This document shows positions 1 to 9,524 of a DNA stretch of 51,841 nucleotides, piece after piece. The position numbers were made by a program, and so were the translations under genes. Under the pieces are notes generated by a model. It saw only the letters and a program-made list of their open reading frames with translations. It had not been told where the DNA came from and made no database searches. The stretch is from Candidatus Woesearchaeota archaeon (GTDB taxonomy: Archaea > Nanobdellota > Nanobdellia > Woesearchaeales > GW2011-AR4), in NCBI GenBank assembly GCA_016187495.1, contig JACPJP010000007.1, positions 1 through 51,841 of the forward strand, read 5' to 3'. Numbering within the stretch: position 1 is the first letter of the stretch; the number at the start of each line of letters is the position of its first letter.

Positions 1-767
1 AAGCATTATATGTTTACGGAATAGTAAAGTTTGGATTTGATTTTGATTGGAAAGAAAAAGGAATTGATGGAAAAAATGTTTATGCCATAAACCAAGGGGA
101 ATTTAGCGCTTTGGTTCATGACTGCGAAGAAAAGCCTTATGCCCCTGAAGAACCAAGCAAAATAAAGGAGCTGATAATATCCCATAATAATATTTTAGAC
201 AAGGCAATTGAAGTTTTTAATGGTGTAATACCTTTGCACTTCAACACCATAATCAAGAAAACAGAAACAACTTCGCAAGCTAACCTCAAAAAATGGCTGG
301 AGAATGAGAAGGGAAGGCTGGAAAAGGTATGGGGCAGTATAAAAGGCAAGAAAGAATACGGCATCAGGATTTACTATGATAAAGACAATCTTGTTCAGGA
401 AATTTCTGCTGATGAAGGCGTAAAAGAAAGCGAAGAAAATATGGAAGGGAAAAGCATAGGGCTAAAATACCTTTTGCAAGCAAAGGTAAAATCCAAGATT
501 GATGAAATTATTCATAACAAGATTAATAATTTTAAGCAAAAATTTTATGCTGATATAAAGGCAATAAGCGAAGATGCAATGCTCAGCAATTCAAGAATTT
601 CAATTGACGAAGAAAAAGATATTTTGCTGAATTTGTCCATATTAGCAGGCAAACAGCAGTTTGATAAAATAATAAGAACATTGGAAAGAAAAGAGGGCAA
701 AGTATTTTCATTTCAGATTGCTGGACCTTTTGCCCCGTATTCTTTTGTCCAAAATGAAGCACAATAA
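1..767 (+). CDS. gvpF: gas vesicle protein GvpL/GvpF family; the 5' end runs off the window
   Basis: Frame 3 is open from nt 3 (ALYVYGIVKFGF...), which matches the family's N-terminal YxYG(I/V) start. It ends ...SFQIAGPFAPYSFV, a GPWPPY-like C-terminal signature. It overlaps the next gvp gene by 14 nt. Confidence 0.8.
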   Translation, partial: ALYVYGIVKFGFDFDWKEKGIDGKNVYAINQGEFSALVHDCEEKPYAPEEPSKIKELIISHNNILDKAIEVFNGVIPLHFNTIIKKTETTSQANLKKWLENEKGRLEKVWGSIKGKKEYGIRIYYDKDNLVQEISADEGVKESEENMEGKSIGLKYLLQAKVKSKIDEIIHNKINNFKQKFYADIKAISEDAMLSNSRISIDEEKDILLNLSILAGKQQFDKIIRTLERKEGKVFSFQIAGPFAPYSFVQNEAQ

Positions 768-1011
768 CACTGGAATTGTAGAATTAATAGACAGGGCATT
801 AAATAAAGGCGTTATCTTAAATGCAGATTTAATTGTTACTGTAGCTGATGTTCCTTTATTGGCTGCAAATTTAAAATTAGCTTTAGCAAGCGTTGAAACC
901 ATGTTAAAATATGGCGTTATGAACGATTGGTTGACAGCTGTTTCGTTAAGTGATAAAGAAGAAAAGCCAATGAATGCAATAAGTATAATAGAGCAAGAGA
1001 TAATAAAATGA
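754..1011 (+). CDS. GvpA/GvpJ/GvpM-family gas vesicle structural protein
   Basis: From the ATG at 754 the protein reads MKHNNTGIVELIDRALNKGVILNADLIVTVADVPLLAANLKLALASVETMLKYG. This matches the conserved (L/I)xDLLDRxLDKGVV...ASVET core of the GvpA family. The track's start at 718 overlaps gvpF and is unlikely. Confidence 0.8.
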   Translation: MKHNNTGIVELIDRALNKGVILNADLIVTVADVPLLAANLKLALASVETMLKYGVMNDWLTAVSLSDKEEKPMNAISIIEQEIIK

Positions 1012-1012
1012 G

Positions 1013-1123
1013 ATGGCCCAGCAAGATGTTTTGGATTTTCTTAAAAAGAATGGTGGTAAATGGCTCTTTGCAAGAGATATAAGCAATGGTTTAAATGCAT
1101 CTTATAACTACAAATCATCATAA
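1013..1123 (+). CDS. 36-aa ORF resembling the first helices of a winged-helix protein (possible remnant or small protein)
   Basis: It translates as MAQQDVLDFLKKNGGKWLFARDISNGLNASYNYKSS and starts 2 nt after the gvpA-like stop. It is too short to appear in the ORF track. Confidence 0.2.
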   Translation: MAQQDVLDFLKKNGGKWLFARDISNGLNASYNYKSS

Positions 1124-1166
1124 ATCGCCAGCATGTTTTTAAATCGCTAAATCATACCATTATAAT

Positions 1167-3620
1167 ATGGTGGACAAAATAAGATTTTATCCTTTAGATG
1201 TGATGTATAAGGTTATGGATGGAAAACCTGTAATTCACTTATTCAGCAGGACAGATGACAACAAGCAAATATGCATTCTTTATGACAAATTTGAGCCGTA
1301 TTTCTATGTTATACCAAAAAAAGGTGCAGATATATCAGAAAAGCTGAATGCTCTAAAGATAATAAGGAACAATGAATCTTGCGAAGTGACCAAAATAGAG
1401 CATGTAAAAAAGAAATATTTAGGCAAAGAAGTCAGCGCAATAAAGGTCTTTACGAAGCTTCCAAGCAATGTACCTTTAATTAGGGAAGAGCTGAAAAAAT
1501 GGGAAAGCATTGAGTCTATTAACGAGAATGATATTCTATTCGTAAAGAGGTATATGATTGATAACAATATAGTTCCCTTAACGCTATATGAAGCAGAGGG
1601 GGAATTTACAACCCAGAGGCTCAAGGTTCCTGCATTCAAGGCAGAAAGAATAGAGCAGTTTTCCACAGAAACCTACATAAACCCTAGAATGCTCTCTGTC
1701 GACATTGAAACATACACCCCGCAGTATAAGGGGATAGAGCCTGAAAAGAATCCTATAATAATGATTGCATTGTACGGCAAAGAACTAAGAAAAGTATTTG
1801 TATGGAAGTATTTTAAAACTAACCTCGATTATGTGGAGTTTGTTGACAGCGAAGCAGAATTGATAGAAAAGTTCAAGGAGACAGTGGAAAATTACAGGCC
1901 AGATATAATTACAGGCTATTTCTCAGACGGTTTTGACCTGCCGTACATAAAAATCCGCGCAGAGAAATACAGGATAAATCTTGATTTGGGGCTTGACTTT
2001 TCAGAATTAAAAATAGAAAGCAGAAAAGATACAACAGCACAGATAATAGGGATTACTCACCTGGACATATTCAAATTCATAAGGAAGATAGTTTCTGGAA
2101 CTCTGGAAACTGAAACCTATAATCTTGGAGCGGTCGCATCTGAGATGCTAGGGGAAACGAAGCATGATGTTAACCTTGATGAGCTTTCAAAAGACTGGGA
2201 CGAGAATTTGGAAGAGATAGATAAGTTCTGCGAATACAACCTCAACGATGCTGGATTGGCATATAAGCTTTCTGAAAAGCTCTTTCCTACAATAAGCGAG
2301 ATGGTCAAGATTACAGGACTTACGATTTATGATGTGAACCGCGCAGGATTCTCCCAGCTTGTGGAATGGTATCTATTGAAGCAGTCCCCTAATTTTAATG
2401 AAATAGCTCCAAACAAGCCGACAAATGATGAAGTCATGGAAAGAAGGATGCAGACATACAAGGGAGCTTTTGTATTCGAGCCAAAACCCGGATTGTATGA
2501 CCATATAGTTGTCTTTGACTACCGAAGTTTGTATCCGACTATAATAGGCTCGCATAACATAAGTCCAAGCACCATCAACTGCAGCTGTTGCGAAGGAACT
2601 GAAAAAGCTCCTCTGGAAAACAGCAGCATATGGTTTTGCAGAAAGAAGAAAGGGTTTATACCTGCATTAATAGAGGAATTGATAACAAGAAGAATGCGGA
2701 TAAAAGAGATAATAAAAGATGAGAAAAACGAAAAGTTTGCAATACTCGATGCAAGGCAAAACAGCATCAAGCTTTTAGCAAACTCTTTTTATGGCTATTT
2801 GGGATTTTTTGCCGCAAGATGGTACTCCATAGAATGTGCTCAAGCCACAACAGCTTATGGAAGGTATTACATAAAAGATGTCATTGCAAAGGCTGAAAAG
2901 GCTGAATTTAATGTCCTGTATAGTGATACCGACTCAATTTTTTTGACTTTAGACAGCAAAACGAAACAAGATGTTGAACGGTTTGCAGAAAAGATAAATC
3001 AGGAGCTTCCCGGACTGATGGAACTTGAATTTGAGGGCTACTATCCTGCTGGAATTTTTGTATCGGCAAAAATAGGCGCTTTCGGGGCAAAGAAAAAATA
3101 TGCTCTCCTTGACGAAAGGGGGATTCTAAAAATAAAGGGTTTTGAAAGCGTAAGAAGAAATTGGTCGCTAATTGCAAAGGAAGCCCAGGAAAATGTTCTT
3201 GGGATAATATTAAAAGAGCATGACAATGAAAAGGCATTGAGGTATATAAAAACAGTCATTGAAGACTTGAGAAGCAAGAAAATACCTATGGAAAAAGTAA
3301 TAATACGCACCCAGCTGCAAAAAGAAATTTCGGATTATGACAACAAAGGCCCGCATGTTGCAGTTGCGCAAAGGCTGAGGAATCAGGGAATAAATGTAGG
3401 CCCAGGTTCTATGATAAAATTTATAGTGACGCAGGGCAGCGACATAATAAGGAACCGGTCAAAGCTGCCTGATGAAGTCCATGATGGGGAATATGATGCT
3501 AACTACTACATAAACAATCAGGTTGTTCCGGCTGTTGAGAGAATATTCGCTATCCTTGGATGCAGCAAGGAAGAGCTGCTGGAAAGCAAAGAGCAGAAAA
3601 AGCTGGAAGGATTTTTTTAA
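1167..3620 (+). CDS. polB: family B DNA polymerase
   Basis: The Exo I motif is DIETY. The polymerase motifs are A DYRSLYPTII, B KLLANSFYGYLG and C YSDTDS. The protein is 817 aa and contains no intein. Confidence 0.95.
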   Translation: MVDKIRFYPLDVMYKVMDGKPVIHLFSRTDDNKQICILYDKFEPYFYVIPKKGADISEKLNALKIIRNNESCEVTKIEHVKKKYLGKEVSAIKVFTKLPSNVPLIREELKKWESIESINENDILFVKRYMIDNNIVPLTLYEAEGEFTTQRLKVPAFKAERIEQFSTETYINPRMLSVDIETYTPQYKGIEPEKNPIIMIALYGKELRKVFVWKYFKTNLDYVEFVDSEAELIEKFKETVENYRPDIITGYFSDGFDLPYIKIRAEKYRINLDLGLDFSELKIESRKDTTAQIIGITHLDIFKFIRKIVSGTLETETYNLGAVASEMLGETKHDVNLDELSKDWDENLEEIDKFCEYNLNDAGLAYKLSEKLFPTISEMVKITGLTIYDVNRAGFSQLVEWYLLKQSPNFNEIAPNKPTNDEVMERRMQTYKGAFVFEPKPGLYDHIVVFDYRSLYPTIIGSHNISPSTINCSCCEGTEKAPLENSSIWFCRKKKGFIPALIEELITRRMRIKEIIKDEKNEKFAILDARQNSIKLLANSFYGYLGFFAARWYSIECAQATTAYGRYYIKDVIAKAEKAEFNVLYSDTDSIFLTLDSKTKQDVERFAEKINQELPGLMELEFEGYYPAGIFVSAKIGAFGAKKKYALLDERGILKIKGFESVRRNWSLIAKEAQENVLGIILKEHDNEKALRYIKTVIEDLRSKKIPMEKVIIRTQLQKEISDYDNKGPHVAVAQRLRNQGINVGPGSMIKFIVTQGSDIIRNRSKLPDEVHDGEYDANYYINNQVVPAVERIFAILGCSKEELLESKEQKKLEGFF

Positions 3621-3849
3621 TATTATTTATTATATATGATTAAGAGAATAAGTAAACGGATAACCAATTTTTATTATATCTTATTTTTCAATTCGCTTCA
3701 CAATTTTAGTGGCAGGAAAAAATTTCGCCGAGTGTAAAAATGGTGAGCGAAGCGAACAGACTGAATTTCGTCCTAGAACTAATGTTACCAACTAATAAAG
3801 GGAAGACTTTTTATATTAGCTTATTCATAACATCTATTTTATAAAAAAG

Positions 3850-4407
3850 GTGATAATTATTGAAAGCAAGGGCATCGAGGAAATAAAGCAGGAAATAGAA
3901 GGCCTTTCAAAATATAACCTCCTATTTGAAGAGCTGGAGCAAAGCCCATTTTTTAATCTGGAAATTTCCATGCACATAAATAATCATGACTTTCTGCAAA
4001 GCCGCATTTTGATTTCTGAAATAGTGGAAAAAAGAGAAATAATTGATAGAATCAGCAACTTAAGCCTAAATATTGAATCATTAAATAGATCAAGCCTGGA
4101 AAATAACAATGAAAAAATTAAGGAAAAAATAAGCTTGGTACTGAACAACGAATACAGCAGCATAAAGACAATAATCTCTGAATTAAGCTCCTTAAAAAGC
4201 AAGATTGACGAGTTTGAAAAGCTGCATAATGGTTTATTGAACAGCAATCTGCTCAGCCTGGACATTAAGATGCTCCTTGAGCAGGACCTCAGGAAAAAGC
4301 AGAAGCTAGGTGAATTGTTTGATAAGCAAAAGGGAATTCTGATGGACCTAAGCAAAACATTTGTAAAATTAGCCAAAGGTGCTATCGTTAAGAACAAAGG
4401 AAAATAG
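3850..4407 (+). CDS. hypothetical coiled-coil protein (GTG start)
   Basis: The 185-aa ORF is rich in heptad-like L/I/E/K segments. I recognised no family. Confidence 0.45.
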   Translation: MIIIESKGIEEIKQEIEGLSKYNLLFEELEQSPFFNLEISMHINNHDFLQSRILISEIVEKREIIDRISNLSLNIESLNRSSLENNNEKIKEKISLVLNNEYSSIKTIISELSSLKSKIDEFEKLHNGLLNSNLLSLDIKMLLEQDLRKKQKLGELFDKQKGILMDLSKTFVKLAKGAIVKNKGK

Positions 4408-4495
4408 CCATTTCAAAACCCAAAATATAAACCAGTCTGCGTATGTGCAGTTAATTTCAATAATTTTTCTGGGCAAAATCCGCAATCTTTATATA

Positions 4496-4525
4496 TAAGA
4501 TACTCTTACTAGTAAGATATTCTTA
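4496..4525. promoter_or_regulatory. putative operator: two palindromic boxes TAAGATA(C/T)TCTTA separated by CTAG
   Basis: The sequence taagatactctta-ctag-taagatattctta lies between a tatata box and the AGGAGG/ATG of the AbrB-type antitoxin gene. The centre, cttactagtaag, is a perfect 12-bp palindrome. Confidence 0.4.
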
Positions 4526-4565
4526 TTAGGAGGCAAACAAAATAGAAAAACTGGAAATAACAAGC

Positions 4566-4799
4566 ATGAGTTCAAGAGGGCAGGTAGTTATACCTTCGGA
4601 TATAAGGGAACGACTAGGATTGAAGGAAGGAGAAAAATTTATCGTTGTAGGAGAAGATGATACAGTTATATTAAAAAAAGTAGCTATGCCTTCCTTCAAA
4701 AACTTTGACAAATTGCTTCAAAAAACACAGCAGTTTGCAAAAGAGAAAGGGTTAACCAAAGCTGATGTTGAAAGTGCTATTAAGAGAGCTAGAAGATGA
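4566..4799 (+). CDS. AbrB/SpoVT/MazE-fold antitoxin (VapB-like)
   Basis: MSSRGQVVIPSDIRERLGLKEGEKFIV is the looped-hinge-helix signature (KGQVtIPkeiReklgl). Its stop overlaps the PIN start in an ATGA arrangement. Confidence 0.8.
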   Translation: MSSRGQVVIPSDIRERLGLKEGEKFIVVGEDDTVILKKVAMPSFKNFDKLLQKTQQFAKEKGLTKADVESAIKRARR

Positions 4800-5197
4800 A
4801 AGTAGTTCTGGACACGAATATATTTATTTCAGGCATTTTTTGGAAAGGTGCCTCTAATAAAGTCATACTCAATTGGAAATAAGATAAATTTATATTAGTC
4901 ACTTCTTTGGAAGCAGTTTCAGAAATAATAAAAGTTCTTAAAGATTTCAAAATCATACTTTCAGATGATGTGATTAAAGAATGGATTGATTTAATTATAA
5001 GAAATTCCATAATTGTAGAGCCAAAAGAAAGAATAAACATAGTTAAAGATGATCCAAAAGACAATATTTTCATAGAAACTGCTGTAGCTGGGAATGTAGA
5101 TTATATAATTTCACAGGACATCCATTTATTAAAGTTAAAAGAGTTCAAAGGAATTAAAATAATCACTCCTGAAGAATTTAATAAGATAGGTAATTAA
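4796..5197 (+). pseudogene. PIN-domain toxin interrupted by one in-frame TAA (nt 4880-4882)
   Basis: MKVVLDTNIFISGIFWKGASNKVILNWK-TAA-DKFILVTSLEAVSEI...DDPKDNIFIETAVAGNVDYIISQDIHLL is all in a single frame. The N-terminal DTN and C-terminal D..D...A....D.(I/V).(S/T).D motifs of PIN lie on either side of the stop. Confidence 0.75.
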
Positions 5198-5269
5198 TTT
5201 TTCTCGTTCCTGATGTTTTACTCCAATATTTAATAAACATTTAAAAATAAGGACAATTTCTTATATCCA

Positions 5270-8200
5270 ATGGAAAAATATGAGCCGTTAAAGCAGGAAC
5301 CAGAAATTTTGAAGTTTTGGAAGGATAACAGAATTTATGAAAAAGCAAAAGACAAGAATAGGGGCAAGAATAAGTTCTATTTTTTAGATGGGCCCCCTTA
5401 TACCTCAGGAAAGGTGCATTTAGGCACTGCATGGAACAAGTCCCTAAAAGACTCTATTCTGCGATATAAAAGGATGCAGGGCTTTGATGTTTTAGATAGA
5501 GCGGGATATGACATGCACGGCCTTCCAACGGAAAATGCTGCAGAAAAGGAGCTTGGAATAAAGAAAAAGGATGACATAAAAAAGTTCGGTGTCGAGAAGT
5601 TTGTAAAGGCGTGCAAAGACTTAAGCATCAAAAACATGAAAATAATGAACCAGGATTTTCAAAGGCTGGGCGTGTGGATGGATTTTGACAACGCATACCA
5701 GTCTGTAAAAAAAGAATTTATAGATGGGGAATGGTGGCTTGTCAAGAAAGTGCATGAAAAAAAAAGGCTGTATGAGGGATTAAGGTCAATGGCATGGGAC
5801 TGGGAGCACCAAACAGCATTGGCAAAGCATGAGCTCGAATACAAGGACATTAAAGACAAATCAATTTTTGTAAAGATGCAGGTTAAAGGCAAAAAAAGTG
5901 AGTTCTTAATAATTTGGACTACTACTCCATGGACAATCGCATTTAATTTGGGGATAATGGTTAATCCTAGCCTAGATTATGTAAAATGTAAGGTTAATAA
6001 TGAATACTGGATTGTGGCAAAGGACATTGCTAATTCATTTATTTCTGGAATTGCAGGAAAAAAATACGAGATTGTGGAAGAATTCAAAGGCAAAAAACTG
6101 GAAGGAATCGAATATGTGCATCCGCTTTATGGTGAATTAGAAGAGCATTATAATAAAATAAAGCAAAAGCACCCGAAAACACATACTGTGGTTATGAGCG
6201 AGGAGTATGTTGACGCAAGTTCTGGTTCCGGTCTTGTCCATATGGCTCCGGGCTGCGGCCCTGAGGATTATGAAGTCGGCCACAGAAACAATATTCCCGC
6301 ATGGAATCTGGTAAAAGAAGATGGCATCTATTCAGATGACATGGGAAAGTTTGCGGGAATGCACACCATAAAAGACAATGTCAAATTTATTGAGCATTTA
6401 AAAGAAAAAAATGCAGTTGTTGCCCAGCAGGTTGTAGAGCATTCCTATCCGCATGGGCAAAGAAGCCATGAGCCGGTTATATTCAGGACAACAAAGCAAT
6501 GGTTCTTTAAAGTTGAGGATATTAAAAAAAGCTTAATCATGGAAAATGACAAGATAAAGTGGGTCCCGAAAGCAGGCTACAATGCATTCAATTCATGGCT
6601 GGAAAACTTAAGGGATAATTCAATATCAAAACAACGGTATTGGGGAACCCCTGCACCAATATGGCGCAATGTTGAAAATCCGGATGATTATATTGTTATA
6701 GGATCAATAGAAGAGCTTGAGCAACTATCTGGAAAAAAAGTGGAAGAGCCGCATATCCCTTGGATTGATGAAATAAAGATTAAAAAAGATGGAAAAGCTT
6801 ACAAGAGGGTTCCTGATGTGCTTGATGTATGGGTAGATGCAGGAACCGTTTCTTGGAACTCTTTAGATTTCCCCCATAATGAAGATGATCTAAAAAAATA
6901 TTTCCCGGCTGATTTTATACTGGAAGGCAAAGACCAAATCAGGGGTTGGTTTAATCTGCTCCATGTAGCTTCCATGCTTTCCATGGGAAAAAGAAGTTTT
7001 GATGCAGTATATATGCATGGCTTCATTAATGATGCAATGGGCAGAAAAATGTCAAAAAGCTTGGGCAACTATATCCTTCCAGAAGAGGTCATAAACAAAT
7101 ATGGCTCGGATACTTTAAGGTATTACATGATTTCCGGAACAAATCCTGGCTTGGACTTAAATTATAATTTTGAGGATATGAATGTAAAGTACAGGAACTT
7201 AACAGTATTATGGAACCTCCATAATTATGTTATAGACCTTGCGAAAAATTCTGGCACTAACCCATCAGAGATTAAGATAAGAAAAGATCGCTTTTCATTG
7301 GAAGAAAGCTACATTTTCTCAAAATTGAACTCAACAATAAGAAAAACTACAAAGACTCTTGATGAGTATAAATTAAATGAAATTCCGCTGCTGGTTGAAA
7401 ACCTTTTCTTAAAGCTAAGCAGGACTTATATCCAATTGACGAGGGACAAATCTGCAGGGGAAGACAAGAAAGTTGTTTTGTACGCAGTTTATAATGTCTT
7501 AATTGAAACACTAAAGATGTTTGCGCCTATAGCTCCATTCATAACTGAAAAGATCTATCAAAACCTAAAAAAAGAGTTTAATTTGGAAAGAGAAAGCATA
7601 CACCATTATGAATGGCCGAAATGCGATGAAAAATTAATTGACAAGGAGCTGGAAAATGAGATGGATGATATAAGCGATGTGCTGCAAGCAATTTTTTCAT
7701 TGAGGGAAAAAATAAACCTAGGCATAAGATGGCCGCTGCAGGAAGCTGTTATTGTTACAAAAGATGAAAATACAATAAAGGCTGTTGAAAAGCTTAAAAG
7801 CCTTATAAAAACACAGGCAAATATCAAAGAGATTGGTGTTCAGCAGTCATTGCCTGGAATAAAGCTGATGGTAAAAGCTGACTATTCAAAGCTTGGACCT
7901 GACTTCGGGAAAAAAACACCGGAAATAATAGCAAAGCTTACTTCTGAAAGCCCTAAAACAATATTAACACATATAGAAAAAGAGGGAAAGTACGAATTGA
8001 TGATAAATAAAGAAAAGATAAATATTGTAAAGGAGCATATAATTGTTACAAGAGAGGTTCCTGCTCCTTATATTGAAGGCGCTTTCAAAAAGGGGCTTGT
8101 TTATTTAAACAAAGACATCGATGAGGAACTGGAAGCGGAAGGCTATGCCCGTGAATTGATGCGCAGAATACAGGAACTGAGGAAAAAAGCAGGATTGGAG

Positions 8201-8401
8201 AAAAAAGACAGGATTTCCTTGTTCATAAAGACTGATGGGGAGATGAAAAACACCCTAAATAATTTCCACAATGCAATAAAGGAAAAGGTAGGAGCCGAGA
8301 TTCTAAAAATTTCCGAGCTGAAGCCGAGCAAAAAGCATCCCTTCAGCAGCAAGGAAAAAGTCAAGGACAAGGAGTTTGAGCTGTTTCTGGAGAAGGTTTA
8401 A
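5270..8401 (+). CDS. ileS: isoleucyl-tRNA synthetase
   Basis: The protein is 1043 aa. It has GPPYTSGKVHLGTAWNK (HIGH region), KMSKSLGN, a WTTTPWT editing-domain motif, and the architecture of archaeal IleRS. Confidence 0.95.
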   Translation: MEKYEPLKQEPEILKFWKDNRIYEKAKDKNRGKNKFYFLDGPPYTSGKVHLGTAWNKSLKDSILRYKRMQGFDVLDRAGYDMHGLPTENAAEKELGIKKKDDIKKFGVEKFVKACKDLSIKNMKIMNQDFQRLGVWMDFDNAYQSVKKEFIDGEWWLVKKVHEKKRLYEGLRSMAWDWEHQTALAKHELEYKDIKDKSIFVKMQVKGKKSEFLIIWTTTPWTIAFNLGIMVNPSLDYVKCKVNNEYWIVAKDIANSFISGIAGKKYEIVEEFKGKKLEGIEYVHPLYGELEEHYNKIKQKHPKTHTVVMSEEYVDASSGSGLVHMAPGCGPEDYEVGHRNNIPAWNLVKEDGIYSDDMGKFAGMHTIKDNVKFIEHLKEKNAVVAQQVVEHSYPHGQRSHEPVIFRTTKQWFFKVEDIKKSLIMENDKIKWVPKAGYNAFNSWLENLRDNSISKQRYWGTPAPIWRNVENPDDYIVIGSIEELEQLSGKKVEEPHIPWIDEIKIKKDGKAYKRVPDVLDVWVDAGTVSWNSLDFPHNEDDLKKYFPADFILEGKDQIRGWFNLLHVASMLSMGKRSFDAVYMHGFINDAMGRKMSKSLGNYILPEEVINKYGSDTLRYYMISGTNPGLDLNYNFEDMNVKYRNLTVLWNLHNYVIDLAKNSGTNPSEIKIRKDRFSLEESYIFSKLNSTIRKTTKTLDEYKLNEIPLLVENLFLKLSRTYIQLTRDKSAGEDKKVVLYAVYNVLIETLKMFAPIAPFITEKIYQNLKKEFNLERESIHHYEWPKCDEKLIDKELENEMDDISDVLQAIFSLREKINLGIRWPLQEAVIVTKDENTIKAVEKLKSLIKTQANIKEIGVQQSLPGIKLMVKADYSKLGPDFGKKTPEIIAKLTSESPKTILTHIEKEGKYELMINKEKINIVKEHIIVTREVPAPYIEGAFKKGLVYLNKDIDEELEAEGYARELMRRIQELRKKAGLEKKDRISLFIKTDGEMKNTLNNFHNAIKEKVGAEILKISELKPSKKHPFSSKEKVKDKEFELFLEKV

Positions 8402-9468
8402 TGGAGAGAATAGACTCGATTGACATTTTCAGGGGTTTTGCAATTCTGCAGATGATATTCTGGCAGATTTTTGATTTCTTTGCAAAAGTTGACATTTATA
8501 AAGATGTTCCATATTATATTCCGATTTTTAATATGCCGATTCATGGAACCGGGGTTGCTTTTTTTGCTTTTATAAGCGGCACCAGTGCTTATATTGCATT
8601 ATCAAGAAAATTAAATAAAAATGCAGGGAAAAAGGATGTTATTTGGCACTTAATCAAAAGATATGGCGGTTATATCCTGCTAAGCCTGTTTTTTACCACT
8701 TTTGTGTTCGGATTTAAGACATTTTACATATGGAATGAAGCTATTCAGGGAATCGGGCTTGCTACCCTAGTTGCCGCGTTGGTAATTCTGCTATTCCGCT
8801 CAAAATTTGTGCTGGCTGCTTTAAGCTTGGCCATAATATTAGCGCAGCCTTTTTTAAGGCAGTTTATAGAAAATAGGCTTGCCATTCAGAATTTTCCTGA
8901 AAACCTGATTTCCTTTGATATATTTTCAAATGCGGTTTCAATATTTTTGAATTCTGCCTTTAGGGGATTTTTCTCTCTCTCAAACCTGCTTCCAATTGCA
9001 TTATTTGGGATAGTCCTGTCACATTTTTTGTTGGAACTAAATAAAAAAAGAGTGATAAAGGTTTCGTTAGCGCTAGGCATTATATTTACTTTAATTTCGA
9101 TATTCCTGCATTTTTCAATTAACCAAATAGATTACTATAACAGATCTTCTTCTTATCAATTATTTTATATAGGGCTGTCTTTCCTGTTATTTGGCCTAAT
9201 AGGATTTTTACTTAAAAAATTTAAAAGAAATAGTATATTTGATGTGCTTATCTTATTTGGAAAAGCTTCTATAGTTGCGTATTTAGTCCATTACATATTT
9301 ATTTATAAGTTATTGAGCATATTAAACTATGAAAGCGTATTGGACTCTTTAATTTCTTATTTTCTTGCTGTAATTTCAATTATAGCTGTATATCACATCT
9401 GCAGAATTTGGCTAGCAAGCAAACGAACTGTTTCTGACAGGGTAAAATCATTTTTTGGCAATTATTGA
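8401..9468 (+). CDS. multi-pass membrane protein, DUF1624/HGSNAT-like acyltransferase family
   Basis: The N-terminus RIDSIDIFRGFAILQM matches the R(I/L)xS(I/L)DxxRGxA start of that family. There are about 9-10 hydrophobic spans. Its start overlaps the ileS stop (TAATGG). Confidence 0.55.
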   Translation: MERIDSIDIFRGFAILQMIFWQIFDFFAKVDIYKDVPYYIPIFNMPIHGTGVAFFAFISGTSAYIALSRKLNKNAGKKDVIWHLIKRYGGYILLSLFFTTFVFGFKTFYIWNEAIQGIGLATLVAALVILLFRSKFVLAALSLAIILAQPFLRQFIENRLAIQNFPENLISFDIFSNAVSIFLNSAFRGFFSLSNLLPIALFGIVLSHFLLELNKKRVIKVSLALGIIFTLISIFLHFSINQIDYYNRSSSYQLFYIGLSFLLFGLIGFLLKKFKRNSIFDVLILFGKASIVAYLVHYIFIYKLLSILNYESVLDSLISYFLAVISIIAVYHICRIWLASKRTVSDRVKSFFGNY

Positions 9469-9524
9469 TTTTTGTTTACGCTTCTTAAGAAAGTTTTTTA
9501 TATAGCTAACATTAGTTTGATTTT

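Noticed and set aside
3693-3710. A 16-of-17-nt motif GCTTC(A/G)CAATTTTAGTG is shared between 3693-3710 (plus strand) and about 11773-11790 (minus strand), both next to GC-rich hairpins. This could indicate a repeat or small-RNA family.
   Set aside because: In about 52 kb of AT-rich sequence searched on both strands, a few matches of this quality are expected by chance. The flanking hairpins do not align with each other.
4880-4882. The in-frame TAA in the PIN gene might be evidence of stop-codon reassignment or a suppressor tRNA.
   Set aside because: TAA terminates polB (3618-3620), ileS (8399-8401) and several other conserved genes exactly where homologues end. Neither tRNA in the window has a stop-reading anticodon once folded: they are GAA and GCA. 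A simple nonsense mutation is more parsimonious.
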